DNA of 64,000 nt, taken from an uncultured virus (IMG/VR IMGVR_UViG_3300024239_000354). Lineage: Duplodnaviria > Heunggongvirae > Uroviricota > Caudoviricetes. A program made the translations under genes and the position numbers. Shown one piece after another: positions 57,452 through 64,000 of the stretch. The notes under the pieces were generated by a model. It did no database searches. It had not been told where the DNA came from and saw only the letters and a list, made by a program, of their open reading frames with translations. How positions within the stretch are numbered: the stretch's first letter is position 1; the number at the start of each line of letters is the position of its first letter. The DNA lies in the IMG/VR virus record IMGVR_UViG_3300024239_000354; one strand, written 5' to 3'.

Positions 57452-58176
57452 GCAGTTATATCGGGATCATTGTTGTCCCAGTTGCCAGAATTATTGACAG
57501 ATTTGATCTGATTAGCCTTGAACACGGCATACACATCCGCCGGAACATTCCGATAAAGATGAGAATCGCTGGTTGGGCTATCGATGATGTCCTTGAAGAT
57601 CACCCCATCATATCCGAGTTTGCGCGCCCGCTTGACTATCTCATCGGTGCTTGCATCTTCATCGGTCACCAATTCCAGTCCAAACCCGTCCAGTTCGTGA
57701 GCATCATCGGGAATTTTGGACTTGGGTTCAAAAACCTGCCGTTCACCTTCATCCCATTCGGTGAAGTCCGAAAGAAGGTCAGCCCATTCTTTTGCCCGCT
57801 TCTGATGATGGATACGGAGGGGATCGGTTATTCGACCGCCTATCCGGGTCTTACCGTCGAGCATTGTCCATCGCTTACCGTCGCCATGGACGATCAGCGG
57901 GTTCTCAATGCGCAAATAGACGCTGTACACCTTGACGCCGTATTCGCCCGCAAGTTCTTTGGACGACGAGAAGAAAGCTGCACCGCGACCACTTGCCGGG
58001 AGTGTGTGGAAAATATCAATCTCACCACCGATATAGGCGTGTGAATTTGATCCATGATATACAACCAATGGGTTGCCATTGGGTGATGTAATCTTGGAAT
58101 TACCAAACCACCGCCAGAAGGCGTCATTCAGATGATTTGTTTGGGCAGCTTCGATCAGATTGATATATTCACGCAT
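57448..58176 (-). CDS. leader-bearing polyvalent-type ART-like protein
   Basis: MREYINLIE; FWRWFGNSKI..PLVVYHGS..FFSS..YL.IENP..GYDGV..QIKSV. Confidence 0.8.
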   Translation of the reverse strand: MREYINLIEAAQTNHLNDAFWRWFGNSKITSPNGNPLVVYHGSNSHAYIGGEIDIFHTLPASGRGAAFFSSSKELAGEYGVKVYSVYLRIENPLIVHGDGKRWTMLDGKTRIGGRITDPLRIHHQKRAKEWADLLSDFTEWDEGERQVFEPKSKIPDDAHELDGFGLELVTDEDASTDEIVKRARKLGYDGVIFKDIIDSPTSDSHLYRNVPADVYAVFKANQIKSVNNSGNWDNNDPDITA

Positions 58177-58180
58177 GCTT

Positions 58181-58801
58181 TTATTTATCGCCTACGGCTT
58201 TTTCCATCTCGATCTTAGTCATGATAAATGCTGCCAAAACTTCATGCGGTTTGAAAGTCAACGTTTTCTTCCGCCCGTTAAAGGCATATACCTCGCGCCC
58301 AAGTTCTTTATTGGCTTGTGCCACATTCTTCTTTGCATTAGGGATAGCGTACATAGGGAAATGCATCTTAACTTCCACGGAGATCGTCCCATCAGGCATT
58401 TCACCCTTGAACATCCAATCTCCATCGTCCCCGTAATCCCGAATATTTTGGATGATGGTAACGGTGAAGGATGGGTTATCAATCTCATCGCCAAACAACA
58501 TCTTCTCATTGATCGGGTACCAATAGTCATACTTAGACCCAATCAAGATGGAAAGCATGGTCATCATGTCGAATCGGTAATAACTGGCAACTGACATGAC
58601 AAACCGATCAAAATCCCGATTGACCCGTTCGTAATCACTCAGAACCATGCGCATCTTGAACGTATTACATGACATTCGGGCTACGGTTTGACCAAAACGA
58701 AGAAAATCATCAAAAATTTCACTCACCAAACCATCGTGGCAGGTATGGAGGGGCATCCGGGCATCGCCGTCACAAATCAACATCGTGCAATGAGTGGTCA
58801 T
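58181..58801 (-). CDS. hypothetical protein
   Basis: GAGG RBS. Confidence 0.7.
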   Translation of the reverse strand: MTTHCTMLICDGDARMPLHTCHDGLVSEIFDDFLRFGQTVARMSCNTFKMRMVLSDYERVNRDFDRFVMSVASYYRFDMMTMLSILIGSKYDYWYPINEKMLFGDEIDNPSFTVTIIQNIRDYGDDGDWMFKGEMPDGTISVEVKMHFPMYAIPNAKKNVAQANKELGREVYAFNGRKKTLTFKPHEVLAAFIMTKIEMEKAVGDK

Positions 58802-58817
58802 AATTTCCTCTTATGAC

Positions 58818-59291
58818 TTAGGGATTATATTCTTCCCGTTTCACAATAGTGAGCTTAGTCGGGTTGAATACAATGATGGAAGGGCGACGTTCTTCGCCCT
58901 CGTGCATGTTCTTATAGATCACACCCTCATACCCCAGCGTCAACAACTGTTGACGAATGGCGCTATCACTCATGGACCCATACCAGCGAAGATGCGAGAG
59001 CTTGGGATGGCGGCGCAGTTGCTCGACAAAGCTATCGCCGTACCATCCGCCTTCATCTTGCAGACGAATGAGATTGCTCACATCTGCGCGGACATGGAGG
59101 ATGAAGCCGGGTTCGTCACCCAACCGCCATTCCGCTTGTTCACGCGACCCAAGGTGGATTCCGAGTTGCCCTGCGGTATAAGCCAGACTAAAACGCGAGA
59201 ACTTGGCGGTGGTGCCGTGGTACCACGTTGACGACCGAACCGTTTCACATAGGAACGTGAAGTCGCTAACAATATTGATGAAATCGCGCAT
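58818..59291 (-). CDS. leader-bearing ART-like protein
   Basis: MRDFINIVSD..LCE; WYHGT, GIHLG, GYEGVIY.N..E, IVFNP; TAAATA at 59318-59323. Confidence 0.75.
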   Translation of the reverse strand: MRDFINIVSDFTFLCETVRSSTWYHGTTAKFSRFSLAYTAGQLGIHLGSREQAEWRLGDEPGFILHVRADVSNLIRLQDEGGWYGDSFVEQLRRHPKLSHLRWYGSMSDSAIRQQLLTLGYEGVIYKNMHEGEERRPSIIVFNPTKLTIVKREEYNP

Positions 59292-59332
59292 TCATACCCT
59301 CAGAAAAACCTTTCGGGTATTTAGGCGCCTTC

Positions 59333-59578
59333 TTACTTGGTACGACGCGGACACCAATCCGGAACCTCGCATTCCTTCTTGATGTTGTAGGGGCGGCACG
59401 CCACCGTGATCGTGCGAAATTCGCTGTGGTCGGCGCGATGGATGGATGTGGTATCGCGCTTCGGGTTCAGCGTCATGGTGCAGACTACCGCCGCGTCATC
59501 ATCACAAAACCAGTCATGGGGATCGGGGTCCGCGATAACCTTGTGGCTGCTGCATTCGGTGCAGTTATTCATCATCAT
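59333..59578 (-). CDS. small Cys-rich protein
   Basis: CTEC..DWFCDDD..C..PDWCP. Confidence 0.7.
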   Translation of the reverse strand: MMMNNCTECSSHKVIADPDPHDWFCDDDAAVVCTMTLNPKRDTTSIHRADHSEFRTITVACRPYNIKKECEVPDWCPRRTK

Positions 59579-60035
59579 CCCCCGTGATCTGTTCGATCTT
59601 GGCGATCAACCAGTCGAGATCATCCATCATCTGCTTGGTCTGTTGCGGCACACACCCACCACGGTCGAACAGCGTTTGTTCGACCTCACGGGCTACCTTC
59701 AAGCGGTGCTTGATGCCATCCAAGCGAAGGTTGTTATAGAGAATTTCGGCTTCCCACTGCGATTCGCCCGTCTCCGTCTCGTCGTTGATCACTCGTTCCA
59801 AGTGTTCCAACGTATCCGGTGGTAATTTGTTGAACGGGATGAGCGATAGCGCATGGATCAGAGTGCCGCGTGCGCCCTTGGTTGTTTCGAACCCGAGCAT
59901 GGAAAGGATCGTGAGCGCCACATCTGGGTCGCCCGCTTCCGCGAGTTCGATGGCTAACGCATTGCGCTCATGCGCATCTGTAGTCACGATGAACCGTTGC
60001 AGGCGAGGGTTCATCATGCATTCTCCATGGACCAC
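59565..60035 (-). CDS. hypothetical protein (start probably near 60014-60017)
   Basis: Operon packing; GGAG RBS. Confidence 0.65.
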   Translation of the reverse strand: MVHGECMMNPRLQRFIVTTDAHERNALAIELAEAGDPDVALTILSMLGFETTKGARGTLIHALSLIPFNKLPPDTLEHLERVINDETETGESQWEAEILYNNLRLDGIKHRLKVAREVEQTLFDRGGCVPQQTKQMMDDLDWLIAKIEQITGDDDE

Positions 60036-60331
60036 CCATTACGGGTGATTAGGAAGATGCCGTGTCCCCACATGTCCCGCATTTCCAGTGCAAGATCACA
60101 CGACGGGCGATTGAACCATTCCAGGGGACCGTCTTGCTTGTATCCCTTGGTCCACCGCCCGTCATTGTAATAATCCACGGTATTGTCGTGAACCAGGGTC
60201 AGCAACTCTTCCTTGGTATCTGCGGCTGCTGCCACCAATTTAGCTTCGGTGCGATCCGTCATCGGGTTGAGGATCAACACATACGCCTGGGTGACTTCAC
60301 CGGGGATGGCGTCAACGGACGAATATATCAT
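60014..60331 (-). CDS. hypothetical protein
   Basis: ATGA overlaps on both sides. Confidence 0.7.
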   Translation of the reverse strand: MIYSSVDAIPGEVTQAYVLILNPMTDRTEAKLVAAAADTKEELLTLVHDNTVDYYNDGRWTKGYKQDGPLEWFNRPSCDLALEMRDMWGHGIFLITRNGWSMENA

Positions 60332-60573
60332 GCTGCCCGAAACTCCTTCAGACCGGCATCCGTCAATTCACTGCTGTTAACAAACAGCGGGAATAACGTC
60401 TTCACCGGGATTGGGTTGCCATGCACGTCGATAGGCTGCTTGCCCAGGCGTTTGGTCTTCCACGGGCGATGTTTGAAAGCGTCCTGTGTCACATTGCCCA
60501 TGTACACCTCACCCTTGCGGATTTCCGGATGCGTCCCCTGATAAGGCTGCTGAACTTTCCCCCGAATCGCCAT
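60328..60573 (-). CDS. hypothetical protein
   Basis: GAGG RBS. Confidence 0.7.
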   Translation of the reverse strand: MAIRGKVQQPYQGTHPEIRKGEVYMGNVTQDAFKHRPWKTKRLGKQPIDVHGNPIPVKTLFPLFVNSSELTDAGLKEFRAA

Positions 60574-60764
60574 TTGTACAGTTTCCCCTCAAAGACAAAT
60601 TTTCGATCAAAATCTACATCACCCCAATCTAGAGTCAAGGAAAACAATTTGACAGTTTCCACCCGACAAGCGATGGTTGGCCGTTAATGTATTGTTCTAT
60701 AACCGCCGTCAACCGAATATAATTTACCAATATCATTTCTCTACTAACGCGAAAAGGGTAATAG

Positions 60765-62027
60765 ATGAACCTTACCACTCTAGATAATGGGTTCCGCGTT
60801 GTTTTTGACCATCTTCCGCATGTGGAAACCGTGACTATCGGTGTCTGGTGTGGCGTTGGAGCGCGTAATGAGCCTACCCACTTGTCGGGAATTTCTCATT
60901 TCATTGAACATTGTATGTTCAAGGGGACAACCAATCGTACCCTGGATCAGATCATCAATGATGGGGCAGATATCGGTGGGCGTATGAATGCTTACACCGA
61001 TTATGATACAACCTGTTATTACATTGAATGTCTTGCGGAATATGCCAGCCATGGTTTAGACCTCATCACTGACATGGTAATGAACCCGATTTATCCGCAG
61101 GATGAACTTGATCGGGAACGCGGTGTCGTAATTCAAGAAATCATGATGTATGACGATCAGCCCGATTATGTAGCGGATGAAGCTGCGCGGTCGTCCGCAC
61201 TGCCCAATCAAGCACTTGGTCGCCCGATTTTGGGATCGGTTGATATCATCAAGTCTCTCTCGCGGGATGATCTTCTCACCTACTACAAGTCCAACTATGG
61301 ACCGGATAAAATGGTGTTGGTGATTAGCGGAAAGGTGCCACCTACCTGTCAGGAAATTTTGCTAGAATACATCAAATCCACCTTTGGTACCATGACCAAT
61401 CTCAGCACCGCCACTACCGAGCCGTTTGTGTTCTCGTCCAGTGAAGCGCGTGTTGAGAAAGACGTAAATCAGGTTAACGTGGTGATGTTGTTTCCGTCTT
61501 GCGCAGGTAACAACCCCGACCGGTATGCGACCCGTGTACTGGCAAACATCCTGGGTGGTGGGTTGTCAAGCCGTTTGTTCCGCGAAGTCCGTGAAAAACG
61601 TGGTCTGTGCTACGGTATTGGCGCCCATGTGGAACAGAACCCGGATGGCGGCATGCTCTGTATTAGTTCGGGAACTGAGAATGGGAATGAACTGATTGAA
61701 GCGACGTGCGCCGAGATTGTGAAGATTACCCGCGAACCGGTCACTGATGATGAAATGAAACGCGCTCGCGCGAGTACGAAAATGAATATGGTTTCAGCAC
61801 TGGAAAAAACCATGGGACGTGCGAGCTACACGGCGGCATACCTTCTACGGTACAATCGTCTGTTCGATATTCAGCATGAAATTGACCAGTTCGATAAAGT
61901 AACAATTGAAGATGTTAGTCGCGTAGCACACACCATTTTCACAAACAAACCAACACTTGGTCTATCTGGTCGAGAAATCAACGATGTAATCAGTTACGAT
62001 ACCATCGTTGATTCGCTGGCGGTGTAA
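60765..62027 (+). CDS. M16 family zinc peptidase (pitrilysin/MPP-like)
   Basis: GISHFIEHCMFKGT (HxxEH), NAYT, ERGVVIQEI, SSRLFREVREKRGLCY. Confidence 0.95.
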   Translation: MNLTTLDNGFRVVFDHLPHVETVTIGVWCGVGARNEPTHLSGISHFIEHCMFKGTTNRTLDQIINDGADIGGRMNAYTDYDTTCYYIECLAEYASHGLDLITDMVMNPIYPQDELDRERGVVIQEIMMYDDQPDYVADEAARSSALPNQALGRPILGSVDIIKSLSRDDLLTYYKSNYGPDKMVLVISGKVPPTCQEILLEYIKSTFGTMTNLSTATTEPFVFSSSEARVEKDVNQVNVVMLFPSCAGNNPDRYATRVLANILGGGLSSRLFREVREKRGLCYGIGAHVEQNPDGGMLCISSGTENGNELIEATCAEIVKITREPVTDDEMKRARASTKMNMVSALEKTMGRASYTAAYLLRYNRLFDIQHEIDQFDKVTIEDVSRVAHTIFTNKPTLGLSGREINDVISYDTIVDSLAV

Positions 62028-62029
62028 AT

Positions 62030-62060
62030 GATAAAGGGGAGCCACTGGCTCCCCTTTATC
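62030..62060. terminator. bidirectional terminator
   Basis: GATAAAGGGGAGCCA-c-TGGCTCCCCTTTATC. Confidence 0.8.
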
Positions 62061-62238
62061 CCGGATACACATCTCGGAGTTCGATTTCCCGCACACCGGA
62101 GGTATCTTTGATGCGCAAATGTTGGTATCCCAACCGACTCGCACACATCAGTACAATGTCGCGGTACGGCAAAGGATGGGGGAAAACTACCCACCCATGA
62201 ACATCTTTGTACCACGCTTCGATATGAATATCAGTCAT
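62056..62238 (-). CDS. small hypothetical protein
   Basis: GGGGTG RBS; TAAATA at 62254-62259. Confidence 0.55.
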   Translation of the reverse strand: MTDIHIEAWYKDVHGWVVFPHPLPYRDIVLMCASRLGYQHLRIKDTSGVREIELRDVYPG

Positions 62239-62405
62239 GGGTCACCCCTTACTTATTTACTTATGGTACAAATAGACTATTTAAATGCCAATTACTCTTT
62301 AGGGTTGGATACATCCCTCATCCGTATACAACAACCTTAAAAATTGCCGTTCGTTTGGATCAATGGGAGAATACCCAAACTACTCTGGACTAGGGTGAAA
62401 ACTCG

Positions 62406-62666
62406 ATGACATTTTCTGACAAGCCCGTAGGTATCACGGCAACTCCGTATTTGGTGCTTATTGACGGACAACCGCATCCACGTCGTTGCATACAGGTTGA
62501 AGATGCAGTTGACTTGTTGATTGAAACTGCAACTTCACTTGCGACCGCGACATATGCCGTCAAGTATGGTATAGAGTGTATTGAATTTACGCTCGCAGAA
62601 ATTCGCGATAGTGTAAAATCACATCTTGTGCAAAAAGTCGCATCATTGAAGAAGGATAACATCTAA
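62406..62666 (+). CDS. hypothetical protein
   Basis: ORF track; abuts the next gene. Confidence 0.6.
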   Translation: MTFSDKPVGITATPYLVLIDGQPHPRRCIQVEDAVDLLIETATSLATATYAVKYGIECIEFTLAEIRDSVKSHLVQKVASLKKDNI

Positions 62667-62667
62667 T

Positions 62668-63261
62668 ATGCTGTGGGAACTTATCGCCGTTGGCGGTTTC
62701 CTGTTCTGGGGCGTCATTGCCCTGGCGTTTGCCGCCATCATCGCCGCGCTCGAATATGAGAACGGTAAAGCTGCCACTGTGGTCGCCGTCATATTCGCCC
62801 TTGCTATGACGCTATTCAGTGATTTCAAGCCCATCGAGTGGCTAACACTGAATTGGAAGTCGCTGATCTGGTATGCGGCTGCCTACGTTGGTATTGGCAT
62901 CCTATGGGGTGTTATCAAGTGGCGGTTCTACGTCATGAATCGCGTGGATCGTTATGACGATCTTAAGGCGAAATTCCTTGATGACAACAACATCAAGGAG
63001 AAGAACATTCCGGATGAATATAAGAAGCAGTGGGCAGCCCACTGCCGCAATGAATTCGGATATGGCTTCCGCATTCCGATGCAGGTTTCCCACTACAAGT
63101 CCACCATCATCATGTGGATGTCCTATTGGCCCTTTAGCGGCTTCTGGACCCTGCTGAACGATCCGGTAAAGCGCATTTTCCGCTTCTGCTACCGCCACAT
63201 GGCGGGTGGTCTTCAGAAGATTTCCGACCATGCGTTTGCGGACGCCAAGGCGGATTTCTAA
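62668..63261 (+). CDS. hypothetical membrane protein
   Basis: Three N-terminal TM segments; AAGGA RBS. Confidence 0.8.
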   Translation: MLWELIAVGGFLFWGVIALAFAAIIAALEYENGKAATVVAVIFALAMTLFSDFKPIEWLTLNWKSLIWYAAAYVGIGILWGVIKWRFYVMNRVDRYDDLKAKFLDDNNIKEKNIPDEYKKQWAAHCRNEFGYGFRIPMQVSHYKSTIIMWMSYWPFSGFWTLLNDPVKRIFRFCYRHMAGGLQKISDHAFADAKADF

Positions 63262-63467
63262 TGGCAACGCCCTTGAATGAAAAGCCACATCATACCCGTT
63301 GTCCAAAATGCGGGCATGTCTGATCAGTCAAGGTCGAGCTATCGGAGTTCAACCGCATTGTGATGAGTGCGGCTGGGACTCGTCAGGATAATGAAGTCCA
63401 CCGCGTCATTGAGGCACTGGTGGAAATTCCGAAAGGGTAAATAGCCGGGATAACCGGCTAGGAACCT

Positions 63468-63755
63468 ATGAACTCGCTTGAGAAACTACAGAAGTTGCTA
63501 CGTGAGGGGCGTCGCTATACGGACATAAAGTCCTCGGACTATGCACCGTATAGCGACGCCTACCGCATTACACATCGGTTGTGGATCAAGCAGCTAAACG
63601 CAGCCCTGGCGGAAGCTGGGGCTACGGACTTGTTTCTGGATAAGCTCAAAACCGTGATGGAAATGCCCCTTCAAAACCATGAGCGTCCGAAACATGATTG
63701 GGAATGGCGGTTATTATGCCACGCCCTTGATTGGGTTCTTATGGAATTTTATTGA
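63468..63755 (+). CDS. hypothetical protein
   Basis: AGGA RBS; TAAATA at 63438-63443; N-terminus MNSLEKLQKLLRE is weakly leader-like. Confidence 0.7.
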   Translation: MNSLEKLQKLLREGRRYTDIKSSDYAPYSDAYRITHRLWIKQLNAALAEAGATDLFLDKLKTVMEMPLQNHERPKHDWEWRLLCHALDWVLMEFY

Positions 63756-64000
63756 TGCCAAAATTAACCATCTATACCGATGGCGCGTGCCTCGGAAACC
63801 CCGGACCCGGTGGTTGGGGAGTTGTAATCCAGAATGAAGCTGGATCGGTGGAACTGTCGGGGAACCACCACGATACCACCAATAATCGCATGGAAGTCCT
63901 CGCGGTTATTAAAGCCCTAGAAGCCGTTCCGGGGGATAGCTACGATCTGACCATTTACTCAGATAGCCAGTACATGATCAAAGGCATCACAGAGTGGATT
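63755..64000 (+). CDS. rnhA: ribonuclease HI (3' truncated)
   Basis: IYTDGACLGNPGPGGWG, TTNNRME, IYSDSQYMIKGITEW. Confidence 0.95.
   Translation, partial: MPKLTIYTDGACLGNPGPGGWGVVIQNEAGSVELSGNHHDTTNNRMEVLAVIKALEAVPGDSYDLTIYSDSQYMIKGITEWI

Noticed and set aside
34514..59291. Diversity-generating retroelement as the source of paralogs
   Set aside because: No reverse transcriptase and no near-identical template/variable repeat pair with adenine-specific differences was seen.
1..64000. Stop-codon reassignment
   Set aside because: Known genes are full length and tightly packed under the standard bacterial code, with TAA, TAG and TGA all used as stops.

Overview
Gene-dense segment of what is most likely a large (jumbo-type) tailed phage, probably infecting an alphaproteobacterium. 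This is inferred from phage-style short ORFs, host-like cspA/M16/M32/Dps/FliL genes, T4-late-like TAAATA promoters and sigma70-like promoters; no structural genes lie in the window. Recognisable genes: a ligase-like nucleotidyltransferase domain, M32 and M16 peptidases, TnpB, intein-containing CTD-less GyrA, FliL-like protein, P-loop kinase, LOG protein, CDF transporter, CspA, a PolB-like fragment, HNH-SF2 helicase, DnaJ-domain protein, TAXI-type solute-binding protein, Dps and RNase HI. The dominant unexplained pattern is about 32 otherwise unrelated genes that share one of two short N-terminal leaders, most ending at Glu (MTDDIRHYINLIE-type and MKIxE/DILxE-type). They sit behind TAAATA promoters and carry ADP-ribosyltransferase-like, kinase, GNAT, nucleotidyltransferase, Cys-His-Asp, metallopeptidase, 2H-phosphoesterase, ParB-like and two unknown repeated domains, often chained through [ILVM]-x-E linkers. 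I interpret this, as inference, as a modular arsenal of capsid-packaged, prohead-protease-processed, injected effectors. Also notable: a TnpB-only element bounded by 25-bp terminal inverted repeats and an 8-bp target-site duplication, and a standalone structured small-RNA candidate. All domain calls are by eye from motifs; no database searches were run.
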